64,000 bases of DNA from an uncultured bacterium (lineage in GTDB: Bacteria; Fermentibacterota; Fermentibacteria; Fermentibacterales; JCC-6), in the NCBI GenBank assembly GCA_965372215.1, contig CBDVBK010000005.1, positions 2,083 through 66,082 on the forward strand, given 5' to 3'. Positions 9,967 to 19,876 of this stretch are shown here, one piece after another. How positions within the stretch are numbered: position 1 is the stretch's first letter; every line of letters begins with the position of its first letter. The translations under genes and the position numbers were made by a program. Under the pieces are notes generated by a model. It ran no database searches. It was not told where the DNA came from and worked only from the letters and a program-made list of their open reading frames with translations.

Positions 9967-11525
9967 TGCGGTGGCTCCTGTTCCCGATATTTATCATTTC
10001 TCTTGCATCTGCTGTTCCATCAACAGTATCCCTGTATTCAATCTCTATCACTCTAAAGGATGATACGCTCTTCAAGACTATCGAGATTCGTGGTATTCAG
10101 GGAAGCGACAGGCTTCTCAGTCGTATCGCTCATGGATTTAACCCTCAAATCCAGTCAATCGAACTTGAGGAAGCGATTTTTGGTTATCCTGGAATGGAAT
10201 CAGGACACGTCCCGGAATGGGCGGTTGATACATTATCAGGATCAGGCGGCTGGCCACGCTCGCACATGGTGGCGTTTCCGGCTCTTCGTCCCGGAATGGA
10301 GATCAGTTACAGAATCCTGATAAAAGACTGGAGTGAAAGCTGGACAGAAGGTCCCTGGGCCGTTCTGTCTCCATCGGTTAAGGGGATATTCCCGGACTCC
10401 TGTAGATTCAGCGTTCAGGGCGATATGCCGGATGATCCTGCATGGTCAGGCCAGGGTTATACTGAAAGAGTTATTGATGATGGATTCATGTATACCTGCT
10501 CCGATTCAGCCGGCAAACTCTGGATTACACCTTTCCGGTCATTTGAGGATCTCTATGCCTGCATCCTGATTCCGGTCAATGACATCCTGAACAGACCCCA
10601 TCCCCCTGATCTGAGGGAAGCGGCACTTCAGACAACGTCAGCGGGAGCAGACGAGTGGTCACAGGTAAGAAGGGCAAGAAGCCTTGTATGCAACAGTATG
10701 GGGCTAAGAGAGAGCGAAATGGGCATATCCGATTTCGAGATCAGAAGCATGCAGGAGATACTGGATTCCAGAGATGGAACACCTGTTGAGCTTGCAGCCC
10801 TGTTCACCGCAATGTGTCACGAACTGGGTATTCAGGCATACATTCTTCCGGCAACGGAATTAAACCCTTTGCAGCCTGTTCCACAAGGATGGACAAGATT
10901 CCTTGTAAGGATTGAGACGGATGATGGGAGGTCATGGCTTGTGGAACCTTCCGCTTATCTCACACCTGCCTTCTTTATCGATAAACCTGATACGCTCTAT
11001 GTTCTTGATAAGGGTATTCTTCGTACTCATACTCCCAATTCAGTAACTGAGAACACTCTCATTGAAGAATGGAGCATCAATCCACGAAACGGTACTTTCA
11101 GATTATTGATCAGCTGCAGAGGGCGGTTCGATATGCTGCTGAGAAGTAAATTCGCCGGACTGACGGAGGAGGAGATGATACTGGTCCTTTCGGAATGGTC
11201 ATGGAAAAGCGGGCGTCTTGTTGTTCCGGATTCCATAAGCATTACCGATCCTTTCGATCTTGCTGAATCCGCTTCATTATCCGCTTCAGGCATTTGGTCC
11301 GCGCCTTTCGAAAATGGCGTGTATTGCGATATTCTGCCGAAGTTGTCATGGGGCGGAACGGAGATCGTTTCGGGAAACCGGATAAGAATATGGACTCTTG
11401 AAGGATGTACTTCTGCTCAAAGTGATGAAACACTGTCCATTGTTGAAATGGAAGATACCGTAATACTAACAGATACAACCGGGATTATGCGAAGGTTACC
11501 TGTACTACTCGAAATTGAACAATGA
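9963..11525 (+). CDS. transglutaminase-like/DUF3857-family paralogue, probably catalytically degenerate
   Basis: Signal peptide. LAALFTAMCHELGIQAYIL resembles the transglutaminase core, but the Cys is displaced. Tandem with and overlapping the previous gene. Confidence 0.4.
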   Translation: MMRWLLFPIFIISLASAVPSTVSLYSISITLKDDTLFKTIEIRGIQGSDRLLSRIAHGFNPQIQSIELEEAIFGYPGMESGHVPEWAVDTLSGSGGWPRSHMVAFPALRPGMEISYRILIKDWSESWTEGPWAVLSPSVKGIFPDSCRFSVQGDMPDDPAWSGQGYTERVIDDGFMYTCSDSAGKLWITPFRSFEDLYACILIPVNDILNRPHPPDLREAALQTTSAGADEWSQVRRARSLVCNSMGLRESEMGISDFEIRSMQEILDSRDGTPVELAALFTAMCHELGIQAYILPATELNPLQPVPQGWTRFLVRIETDDGRSWLVEPSAYLTPAFFIDKPDTLYVLDKGILRTHTPNSVTENTLIEEWSINPRNGTFRLLISCRGRFDMLLRSKFAGLTEEEMILVLSEWSWKSGRLVVPDSISITDPFDLAESASLSASGIWSAPFENGVYCDILPKLSWGGTEIVSGNRIRIWTLEGCTSAQSDETLSIVEMEDTVILTDTTGIMRRLPVLLEIEQ

Positions 11526-13060
11526 AATATTCACCGGCTCTATTCATGATTATTCTGGTTCTAACCGCAATAGGTATCAGGGTATGGACTTTCACCTCCG
11601 TTAACAGCATCCTGCCCCTTAACGGCTTGTACGTTGATGAAAAAACCTACACCATGAATCCTGTTACACCCGGAAGCGTCGGTCTCTCCAGACCGCCCGG
11701 AATGTTCATAATCGCAATGATTACAAAAGGAGCCGATCATCCTTTAACTTCTCGAGTGTTCATTTCAATTCTTTCCCTTCTTCCCGCAATCGCGCTTTTC
11801 CTGGGAATATACAGAAAACAGAAAAGCAAATGGGTGTACATCTGCTGCGCAGGAATGGCATTGTCCCCATTTTTCGTTCTTTCAGGTATTCAGATACTTC
11901 CGGCTGTGCCAGCCGCGGCTTCCCTGTCTTTTTCGATGCTATTCGCAAAGCGGAGGAAATTTCTGCTTGCCGGATTTCTGGCAGGAATTGTGGTAATCTT
12001 CAGAGCAGAACTCGCGCTGATTCCAGCTGTGCTGTTTTTCTTCTCATTTCGATCCAGGCTGAGGGAATGGAGCATATTTGCCGCTGGTTCAGTGATGGCT
12101 GTTTTACCTGTAATCATCCTGAACATTTCAGCAGGCGCCGGACCGGTAATTTCAGTTAATGGAGCTGAAAACCTCTGGCTGGGAACGGACTGGGAACTTC
12201 TGTCAACACCTCCCGGAACTGAGTTCGAAGAACTGGTGGCAATCGGAGAACTGGATGGCGGGGGAGACTCAGCATTCATCCAGAGAGCATTCAATGCGAT
12301 TAAATCTTCACCACAAAAATGGTTTGTAATGGGAATTCAGAAAATACTTGCATTCTTCACTCTTCCGGGGCCTGGAAGGAATCTTGAGACGGGGTGGTTG
12401 CTGAAAAAGACCTTGCTGATTCTCATGCTGCCGTTTTCACTGATGGCTATGTCTCTGGGGTCAGTGCGGTGTTTCGACAAAAACAGGATATTCTGGCATG
12501 ATCTTGCTGTTTCCGTCATCTTAGCAGGAGTGATTTCAGCTTTTGTGTTCTTCCCTTCGGCAAGATTCAGATTAACAGCGATTCCCGCTTTCTGGTTTCT
12601 TTCTGCCTCTGCTGTTCCTGACCGGAAACAGATCCGCTATGCCGGTTTTGCATCCCTTGTGATTATTATTATCTCACTGTTTATAACTTATCCTGGTATG
12701 GTGAGATCGGGTCTTACTTCAGCCCTTGCGGCGGAACACATGATAGAATCAGGGAATCCTGCAGGAGCACTTGAAGAGTTGGATTATGCTTCGAAAAGAG
12801 GATTCTATGGAGCGGATTTTCACAATCTGAGAGGAGTCTCCTGTTCATTGCTGGGTTATTCCACTGAAGGATTAATTGAATTCGAGAGGTCAATTGATAT
12901 AGCGCCTGAATCTCCAACATTATGGAAGAACTATGCGGTTTCGCTATGGACAAATGGAAGGTACAGTGAATCAGTTCAGGCAGCAAGAAGAGCCGTAAAT
13001 TTGAACCCGTTGCTCAGAGACCAGCTTGAACCAATACTTGTGCATGCGGAAAACATGTGA
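11522..13060 (+). CDS. ArnT/PMT (GT39/GT83-like) family membrane glycosyltransferase with C-terminal TPR repeats
   Basis: More than 10 predicted TM helices. C-terminal TPR-like region (GNPAGALEELDYASKRG...AARRAVNLNP). Family assignment rests on architecture only. Confidence 0.45.
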   Translation: MKYSPALFMIILVLTAIGIRVWTFTSVNSILPLNGLYVDEKTYTMNPVTPGSVGLSRPPGMFIIAMITKGADHPLTSRVFISILSLLPAIALFLGIYRKQKSKWVYICCAGMALSPFFVLSGIQILPAVPAAASLSFSMLFAKRRKFLLAGFLAGIVVIFRAELALIPAVLFFFSFRSRLREWSIFAAGSVMAVLPVIILNISAGAGPVISVNGAENLWLGTDWELLSTPPGTEFEELVAIGELDGGGDSAFIQRAFNAIKSSPQKWFVMGIQKILAFFTLPGPGRNLETGWLLKKTLLILMLPFSLMAMSLGSVRCFDKNRIFWHDLAVSVILAGVISAFVFFPSARFRLTAIPAFWFLSASAVPDRKQIRYAGFASLVIIIISLFITYPGMVRSGLTSALAAEHMIESGNPAGALEELDYASKRGFYGADFHNLRGVSCSLLGYSTEGLIEFERSIDIAPESPTLWKNYAVSLWTNGRYSESVQAARRAVNLNPLLRDQLEPILVHAENM

Positions 13061-13085
13061 AAATCATGAAAGGGTCAGATTCTGA

Positions 13086-14741
13086 ATGAGTTCTGAAGAT
13101 AAACACAATCTTGAAGAGAATCTTCAGGATCTAGGCACTCCACAACAGGAAGCCAGCAGGATCGCGAGGGCAACAGGTCTGCTGGGAGGGCTTACGGTAA
13201 CGAGCCGTATACTTGGATTATTTCGTGATGTAGCGCAGGCTGCGATACTTGGCACAGGTATGGCCGCTGATGCTTTCACACTTGCTTTCATAATCCCAAA
13301 CACACTCAGAAGACTGTTCGGGGAAGCAACCGCAAGCGCTGCGTTTGTACCCACATACACCGAGATTCTTATGAAGGACAGCAAGCGGGATGCTTTCAAA
13401 CTGGGAAGCAGAATACTGTCTATTGTCGCTGCTGCTCTTCTGATAATAGTTCTGCTGGGAATAGTGGCGTCGCCCCTCATAATAAAGATATTCGCTCCCG
13501 GCTTCTCTGATATTCCAGGCAAATCCGAACTTGCCACCGGGCTTCTGCGCCTCCTGTTTCCCTACATCCTCATGGTCGGCTGCGCTTCAGTTGTCATGGG
13601 TATTCTCAATGCTCACAGACATTTCCTGGCCCCGGCCAGTGCTCCAATTCTCTTTAACCTCTCTGCTCTTGCAGGAATTCTACTTCTTTCTCGCTGTTTT
13701 TTTCCTGAGCAGCCCGTATGGGGATATTCAATTGGAGTAATGGCAGGAGGTGTATTTCAGCTTCTGATACAGCTCCCTGCGCTCCGGAAAAGAGGATTCA
13801 GATTTAAACCTGACTTTAACTGGAAAGACCCTAAAGTCAGAAAAGTCGGAATGCTTGCCTTTCCAGCACTGGTTGGGCTCCTTGCCGCAGAAGTGAACAT
13901 CATTGTGGATAAGATGATAGCATCAATGCTGGAACCAGGAAGTGTCGCTGCTCTTTCGTATGGAAACAGGATAATGCAGTTTCCGCAGGGAGTATTCGCT
14001 ATTTCTCTTGCCACTGCTCTTCTGCCAACTCTCAGCAGGCAGACAGCAAGCGGCAAGCTTCAGGACGCAGGTAAAACACTCGGCAGAGCAACACTGGCAC
14101 TTGCAGCCATGATGATTCCAGCAACATTCTGTCTGCTGTTTCTGGCTGAACCTGTTGTAAAAGTTATTCTTGCCAGGGGAGCGTTTTCAGCTGAATCAAC
14201 GGCTTTGACCAGTGCCGCTCTGATTTACTATTCAGTTGGTCTCCTGTTCTACGGAGCAGTAAAGATCACTGCTCCGGTCTTCTATGCGATGAAAGACACT
14301 AAAACACCGGTAAAGATAGCGATCAGCTGCATGGGTCTGAATATAATTCTCAACATTGTTCTGACTCTGGCGTTCATCAGAACCGGAATATCACGTCCCC
14401 TTGCCGGTCTGGCTCTTGCAACAAGTATTTCCTCGATACTCAATTTTGTGATTCTCCGGATAGCACTTAGAAAAAAACTCGGCCCTATTGTCCAATCCTC
14501 AAAGCTCGCCTGGTTCTCAATGATACCCGCAGGTATTCTTACTCTATTGTTTCTCTGGCTTTTATCTCCATCTGTAATCTCGATATCAGCCACCTCTACA
14601 ATGAAAGGGATATTATCTATTTCCGGAGCATCTATTGGAGCAGTGGCACTGTTTCTTGCAGTTTTCGTCATTATCGGAGGAAAAGATGCCAGATCGATAT
14701 TTTCCCTGGCGATGAGACGTGGCCGGATCACAAAGTCTTAA
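13086..14741 (+). CDS. murJ: lipid II flippase MurJ (MviN)
   Basis: N-terminal MurJ signature LGLFRDVAQAAILGTGMAADAFTLAFIIPNTLRRLFGEATASAAFVP. 14 TM-like segments. 551 aa. Confidence 0.85.
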   Translation: MSSEDKHNLEENLQDLGTPQQEASRIARATGLLGGLTVTSRILGLFRDVAQAAILGTGMAADAFTLAFIIPNTLRRLFGEATASAAFVPTYTEILMKDSKRDAFKLGSRILSIVAAALLIIVLLGIVASPLIIKIFAPGFSDIPGKSELATGLLRLLFPYILMVGCASVVMGILNAHRHFLAPASAPILFNLSALAGILLLSRCFFPEQPVWGYSIGVMAGGVFQLLIQLPALRKRGFRFKPDFNWKDPKVRKVGMLAFPALVGLLAAEVNIIVDKMIASMLEPGSVAALSYGNRIMQFPQGVFAISLATALLPTLSRQTASGKLQDAGKTLGRATLALAAMMIPATFCLLFLAEPVVKVILARGAFSAESTALTSAALIYYSVGLLFYGAVKITAPVFYAMKDTKTPVKIAISCMGLNIILNIVLTLAFIRTGISRPLAGLALATSISSILNFVILRIALRKKLGPIVQSSKLAWFSMIPAGILTLLFLWLLSPSVISISATSTMKGILSISGASIGAVALFLAVFVIIGGKDARSIFSLAMRRGRITKS

Positions 14742-16536
14742 GGAATCGGTAGCCGGAGCACCACGCCTTCCTGGTGTCTACAGCTTCCTGGACGGTGAGG
14801 GAAGTGTCCTCTACATAGGGAAGGCTAAAAGCCTCAGAAGCAGGCTTCAGGGGCATCTCGCAAACCCCGGTGATTCCCGGCATACACTTCTTCTTGAAAA
14901 AGCTGTATCAGTCGAGTGGATCATCACCGGTTCGGAAGTGGATGCGCTTGTTCTTGAAGCGGAACTTATTCGCATCCGGAAGCCACCTCTCAATGTACGG
15001 CTAAGGGACTCCGGGAACTATCCATACCTGGAAATTACGACCGATGAGAAATTCCCGCGATTGCAGGTCACAAGAGATCGGGGCAACACTTCAGGAAGAC
15101 CCCGGTTCGGTCCCTATCCTGATGCAAGAAATCTAAGAAAACTTGAAGAATTCCTCCTTGAAACCTTTCCTCTCAGAAGGTGCGCTGGAAAGACTCCACC
15201 TTCCAATGAAAGACAATGCCTCATGGGACAGATAGGCCGCTGCCAGGCGCCGTGTACAGGTAATGTCACTACAGAAGAATACAGCAGCACGGTTCAGGAA
15301 ATGCTCAGAATTCTTCGAGGTGACTGGGAATGGGCAAGAAAACGTATTGAGATACTCATGAACAGAGCATCAAAGGAAACAAATTATGAAGAAGCCGGAA
15401 GACTGCAGGATCTTCTTTCCCGTCTGGACAGTTTCGGCTGGCCTGCACCTGATTCCATTCAGGACAGTATAAGCAGAGACACTGTAGCTGTGAAGGATAA
15501 CTGGGGAATTGTTATGCGGATGCGTGGAGGACGCTTCACAGGCGTTCTAAGAATGCCTTTTGACAGCAAATGGAAGCTTGCTCCAGTGAACGAACGAATT
15601 TCAATACTTCTGGGAACATATTATTCGCAGACGGATGATATACCGAAGGAAATACTGGTTCCGGAAATACCGGAAGGTTATGACGCGCTTGTTGAATGGC
15701 TGTCTGCAAAAAGAAACGCGGCAGCAAGAGTATTCGTTCCCGAACGGGGCGGAAAGAAAGAAGTTCTTCAGTTGGCTCAGAGAAATCTGGAGCATTTCCT
15801 TGTACGTCTATCCTGGAAACACCCGAATGGAAGCAGAAAAAGCACCGAAGCAGCCCTGGAAGCTCTAGCTGACATATTCAATTTGAAGAACCCCGCGGAT
15901 TGGATTGTATGCCTTGACGCATCCACAATACAGGGATCCTGGCCTGTCGCGGCAATTGTCAGCTTCAGAAAAGGATATCCTGACAAATCAGGATACAGAC
16001 GCTTCTCCATGCCTTCAGAGATAAGCAGGGACGATCCGGCTATGATAGCTTCCGCGGTCGACAGGTATCTATCGAACCTTGAGGATGAGTATCCTGATAT
16101 CTTTCTGATAGATGGGGGGATAACTCAGCTCAGAGCAGCAGTCCGAGCAGCGGAGGAATGGGCGGAGAAAATCTGTTTTGTCTCCATAGCCAAGCGGGAG
16201 GAAGTGCTTCTTGAAGGGATCTCCGAAAGAGTAATCAGACTTCCCCTGGATTCAACTCCACTTTCGCTGCTCAGAAGCGCAAGAGATGAAGCTCACAGAT
16301 TCGTTCTTCACTACCACCAGCAGAAACGTTCTTCAGGGAGCCTGCATTCAGTCCTTGATGATATTCCCGGCATAGGCTCGGCAACAAAACTTCGCCTTCT
16401 TAATCATTTTTCAAGCGCAGCAAGGATCAATACAGCTACAATCGAAGAGATCATGGAAGTCCCCGGTGTAGGCAAGAGCAGAGCTGTCCAGATAAGAAGT
16501 TACCTCGATAGAAAGAAGCGAAATACAGATGAATGA
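14719..16536 (+). CDS. uvrC: excinuclease ABC subunit C
   Basis: GIY-YIG motif (GVYSFLDGEGSVLYIGKAKSLRSRL). Central UvrC domain. C-terminal RNase H-like and (HhH)2 region (IPGIGSATKLRLLNHF). 605 aa. Confidence 0.9.
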   Translation: MAGSQSLKESVAGAPRLPGVYSFLDGEGSVLYIGKAKSLRSRLQGHLANPGDSRHTLLLEKAVSVEWIITGSEVDALVLEAELIRIRKPPLNVRLRDSGNYPYLEITTDEKFPRLQVTRDRGNTSGRPRFGPYPDARNLRKLEEFLLETFPLRRCAGKTPPSNERQCLMGQIGRCQAPCTGNVTTEEYSSTVQEMLRILRGDWEWARKRIEILMNRASKETNYEEAGRLQDLLSRLDSFGWPAPDSIQDSISRDTVAVKDNWGIVMRMRGGRFTGVLRMPFDSKWKLAPVNERISILLGTYYSQTDDIPKEILVPEIPEGYDALVEWLSAKRNAAARVFVPERGGKKEVLQLAQRNLEHFLVRLSWKHPNGSRKSTEAALEALADIFNLKNPADWIVCLDASTIQGSWPVAAIVSFRKGYPDKSGYRRFSMPSEISRDDPAMIASAVDRYLSNLEDEYPDIFLIDGGITQLRAAVRAAEEWAEKICFVSIAKREEVLLEGISERVIRLPLDSTPLSLLRSARDEAHRFVLHYHQQKRSSGSLHSVLDDIPGIGSATKLRLLNHFSSAARINTATIEEIMEVPGVGKSRAVQIRSYLDRKKRNTDE

Positions 16537-16933
16537 AACAACCGATGCAACCGGGGACATGCAACTCTATGCGTGTCACCACAGTAAACTGGATACTCAC
16601 TCAGATGCGCGAGGCTATGTAATCAACCCTTTTGAGCATCTTCAATCGACAGCCCTGATTTCAAACTGCCATATTTTTTCAATAGAACCAGGACATGTTC
16701 GAGGAAATCATACACACCCTGGCAGAAACGAGGAAGTTATCGTCCTTGCAGGTGAACTTGTCATAAGAATGCCCTATCTCGAAGAGGAATACTCTCTATC
16801 CGCAGCGGATATCCTGAAAATCGAACCTGGAGTTCGCCACATTTTCGAGAATGAGAATGACTCAACCGCGATTGCAATCTGCTGGAGCAGCAGGAGGGAC
16901 GAGGGGTACGAAGGCCCTGATACAATCCGGTAG
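16529..16933 (+). CDS. cupin domain protein
   Basis: Cupin motifs G(X)5HxH and HTHPGRNEEVIVLAGEL. 134 aa. Confidence 0.5.
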   Translation: MNETTDATGDMQLYACHHSKLDTHSDARGYVINPFEHLQSTALISNCHIFSIEPGHVRGNHTHPGRNEEVIVLAGELVIRMPYLEEEYSLSAADILKIEPGVRHIFENENDSTAIAICWSSRRDEGYEGPDTIR

Positions 16934-17021
16934 CTTCATTTTCTTTTCGGATCCTTCAGAAAATTCCAGGAAGCGATACTCGTCATGACTCAAAAACGAT
17001 AGAATTCGAGAATAACAGCAC

Positions 17022-17052
17022 TTGACCATGTATATACATGCGTATATACATT
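17022..17052 (+). promoter_or_regulatory. vapBC promoter/operator: TTGACC -35-like element, 14-bp perfect palindrome CATGTATATACATG and a second GTATATACAT half-site
   Basis: The palindrome and its repeat are seen directly, 22-47 bp upstream of the vapB ATG. AbrB/MazE-type antitoxins bind such operators. Confidence 0.45.
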
Positions 17053-17073
17053 GATCAGGAAGGGAGGAGTTAA

Positions 17074-17304
17074 ATGCATACAGCAAAAGTGTTCAGAAGC
17101 GGTAACAGCCAGGCGGTCAGGATACCTAAGGAATATGCGATAGAGGAAAGCGAACTCTACATTCAGAGAGTTGGGAATTCTCTGGTGCTTTCATCTATGA
17201 ATGAACCATGGACTTCTCTTCGAGACAGCCTTGTAAAATTTTCTGATGATGTTTTCTCCGATGGTCGTAAGCAACCAGAAAATCAAGATAGAGATATTTT
17301 CTGA
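17074..17304 (+). CDS. vapB: type II antitoxin VapB (AbrB/MazE/SpoVT fold)
   Basis: KVFRSGNSQAVRIPKEY swapped-hairpin motif. 76 aa. Immediately upstream of a PIN gene; the stop TGA abuts the vapC ATG. Confidence 0.75.
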   Translation: MHTAKVFRSGNSQAVRIPKEYAIEESELYIQRVGNSLVLSSMNEPWTSLRDSLVKFSDDVFSDGRKQPENQDRDIF

Positions 17305-17715
17305 ATGTACCTTATAGATACAAATATCTGCATCTACTTGATTAAGAAGAAGTCTGAGTATCTCCTTCAGAGATTTGAATCAGAAAAAGCTTTCGATATT
17401 GGAGTATCTGCCATTTCCGTTGCTGAGCTTGAATATGCAATTGCAAAGAGCATGTTTCCTGAAAGAAACAGAATAGCACTTCTGGAGTTTCTTTCCTGCT
17501 TTGATATAGTTCCTTTTACTGATCTTGATACTCAGGCATTTGGCGCAGTAAGAACTTTTCTGGAAAAGAAAGGCACCCCGATAGGTCCATATGATTTAAT
17601 AATTGCAGTGCAGTGTCTTACTAGAGATTTAATTCTTGTAACCAATAATGTAAAGGAATTTGAAAGAATTCCTGATCTGCATATTGAGAACTGGATTCAA
17701 GAACCAGGTTGTTAA
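17305..17715 (+). CDS. vapC: PIN-domain toxin VapC
   Basis: MYLIDTNICIY N-terminus with the first acidic residue. 136 aa. Conserved D/E positions of the PIN fold. Confidence 0.85.
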   Translation: MYLIDTNICIYLIKKKSEYLLQRFESEKAFDIGVSAISVAELEYAIAKSMFPERNRIALLEFLSCFDIVPFTDLDTQAFGAVRTFLEKKGTPIGPYDLIIAVQCLTRDLILVTNNVKEFERIPDLHIENWIQEPGC

Positions 17716-18644
17716 CTTTTACTGATATATGACTCCAGTACGGACTTTATCGCAAGTCTATAATTTTTCAGTACTGCTAATTTCCTGATATCACATTCTT
17801 TTTCCAAGTCCAGTATGACTTCATGACCTAAGTAGTATCCGCATTGACTGTAACCCTGTATATCAAACCACGAGCCGAAAAATGGACGGATATCAGTTTC
17901 CTTTTCAACATGCTGAAGAAACTTCTCAGCAAGCATACCTTTATTCTCCGTACACCATTCAAGCCAGTCAGAAGCAGTAATACCTGCTCCTTCATGCCAG
18001 CTGTTTCGCCCCATTATTATGTGTTCACAACGTTGAGCGTATCCTTCTGTGTAAAGCTGCCACCAGGGTCCTTTTTCTTGATTCAATTTCGAATCCTGTC
18101 TGAGTTTCCCATGTATTGCATGACCGATTTCATGTGCTATCAAGCCTTTCAGCGAATCAGAATCTGTCCACTTGCACTCGGTGATCATCTCAAGACCAAA
18201 AAGAATTGCCTGCGAATTACGCAGTTTTGTAAGCCATCCTGCCCCGCATCCGATTCCAACATAAATCACATAGAGAACATCGAATTCACTGATCCTGAAT
18301 ATTTCCATCGCAGATTTGTGCAGCGGTATGATAAACTCGATAAGGGTTTTATGCGCTTCTTTCATGGAATTCAGGCGGCTGTGCAGAAAAGGGAATACTC
18401 TATCCAAAGCGATTTCACGCCAGTCTTCTGATATGTCGGTATAGTCTTTCTGCTGTATCTCCAGCAGATCAGGCCACATACTCATGTATTCGCAAGCCCA
18501 GCCCTCAATCTGCTCCTTGATCGGAAGGTTTTTATATTTCTCCCAGTAGGAAAGGAATTCAGAATAAGTATCCAGTATAATTGGCATTAGAGTCTTTCGT
18601 CTGTCAGTTAACGTTGCCATGAAGAGTCCTTTGTCCGGCGACAC
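17712..18644 (-). CDS. DUF2268-like putative zinc-dependent peptidase (HExxH)
   Basis: HEIGHAIHG zincin motif. About 300-aa architecture similar to DUF2268. The true start may be an internal Met (about 18587), which would avoid overlapping the upstream gene. Confidence 0.45.
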   Translation of the reverse strand: MSPDKGLFMATLTDRRKTLMPIILDTYSEFLSYWEKYKNLPIKEQIEGWACEYMSMWPDLLEIQQKDYTDISEDWREIALDRVFPFLHSRLNSMKEAHKTLIEFIIPLHKSAMEIFRISEFDVLYVIYVGIGCGAGWLTKLRNSQAILFGLEMITECKWTDSDSLKGLIAHEIGHAIHGKLRQDSKLNQEKGPWWQLYTEGYAQRCEHIIMGRNSWHEGAGITASDWLEWCTENKGMLAEKFLQHVEKETDIRPFFGSWFDIQGYSQCGYYLGHEVILDLEKECDIRKLAVLKNYRLAIKSVLESYISKS

Positions 18645-18928
18645 CAGATGTCATCGAATGGACGATCCTGAAATTCACCGATGGGCCACGGCTTCAGGCG
18701 CGGTTGTTGAGTCTTGTGAAGATCCCAGCTCGACAAGTATCTCTGGACCTCAAGTTGATCATCGCGACAAATGAGAAAGTCCGTATCACCGTGTGATCTC
18801 GTCTCGCGGCCGACGAAAAGGTCAATTGCATGACCTCCAGCAATCCACCAATGCACGGATAGTCCGGAAAGGAGTTCAGCGACCTCCTGCATGGACAAAG
18901 GATCCCACTTGTGGTGATCGTCACTCAT
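18608..18928 (-). CDS. ANT(2'')-type nucleotidyltransferase (PF10706-like), N-terminal domain only; possibly truncated or a pseudogene
   Basis: WWIAGGHAIDLFVGRETRSHGDTDFLI matches the AadB motif WIGGGWAIDARLGRVTRKHDDIDL. The ORF is 106 aa versus about 177 aa for AadB. Its 3' end overlaps the neighbouring gene by 37 bp. Confidence 0.5.
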   Translation of the reverse strand: MSDDHHKWDPLSMQEVAELLSGLSVHWWIAGGHAIDLFVGRETRSHGDTDFLICRDDQLEVQRYLSSWDLHKTQQPRLKPWPIGEFQDRPFDDIWCRRTKDSSWQR

Positions 18929-19039
18929 TCTTCATCTCGCTTGAGGTACAACATTCAGCGTAACCAGCGCCGTTACCGATTACCTAATTCACAGACAGGC
19001 GTTTTGTTCATGCTGTGGTTGAACAACCCATTACATCTT

Positions 19040-19876
19040 CTATTCGTTTTCTCTGAATAGCATGAAAAGTTCAGGGGCAAATTCTGATTGTCCCTCCGTA
19101 TCACTCTGCCAGAGTCCAAGCTCATTATACCATGTTGCTTCATCAGCACGTCCAGCTGCTATAATCTGGCGTAGCATCTCTTTAAGTTCCACTGTGATGG
19201 CCATCGAATTTTCCGCTGTACTCCCTATTCTCTCATACAATACCCCTCCTTCAGTTGCCAGGGTCAAGTAAAGCGTAGGGTACATGTTGGCCCAGATATA
19301 TTCATCAAAGCTGCGGATTACCCAATCAACAAATCCCGTAATACTAAGTTGCTCTAACAATGGTACACGTATGTCTTTGGAATCCCCAGGATGTAGATGA
19401 TGTATCGGATGATTCAATATCCAGCTGTTGTATCCAGCCTTAGACTCACTCTCAAAGCGCAGTGCTGAAGAACCTTCCGCCCACCCTTTATTACTGTCCG
19501 AATTATAGAGTAACGTATACTTATATGACGTTGTCTTCAAGTAGTAACCATCTTCAGATTCGACAGCACTGAACCTTTCGACAGCAAGTACACCAGCTGA
19601 GGGTGGTCCTCCGACTACAAGACATTCACCGAAGGCATCTTGGAATAAAGAGTCTACATCGGAAGGTGAGCTCATTTCAACATGTCGCGATGCGTTCTCC
19701 CCACCAAGAGAGCAACTTCCGCACTTTGTTTCTGAATCAAACCGAAGCACTGGTGTGGGACTCTTCATACCGCATCGAGACCCAGATTGCTGTAACCTGC
19801 TCCAGTAATTGAATATGTGATGGTTGTATGCCTTCCAGCATTCCTCTGGATTGGCGTAGGTTATTCGGGAGGCCAT
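19040..19876 (-). CDS. hypothetical protein (278 aa), downstream partner of an HTH protein
   Basis: Long ORF with genome-typical codon usage. Cys cluster (C-x16-CGSC) near the N-terminus and a His-rich segment (HPIHHLHPGD). No recognisable family. Its start overlaps the upstream gene by 16 bp. Confidence 0.4.
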   Translation of the reverse strand: MASRITYANPEECWKAYNHHIFNYWSRLQQSGSRCGMKSPTPVLRFDSETKCGSCSLGGENASRHVEMSSPSDVDSLFQDAFGECLVVGGPPSAGVLAVERFSAVESEDGYYLKTTSYKYTLLYNSDSNKGWAEGSSALRFESESKAGYNSWILNHPIHHLHPGDSKDIRVPLLEQLSITGFVDWVIRSFDEYIWANMYPTLYLTLATEGGVLYERIGSTAENSMAITVELKEMLRQIIAAGRADEATWYNELGLWQSDTEGQSEFAPELFMLFRENE

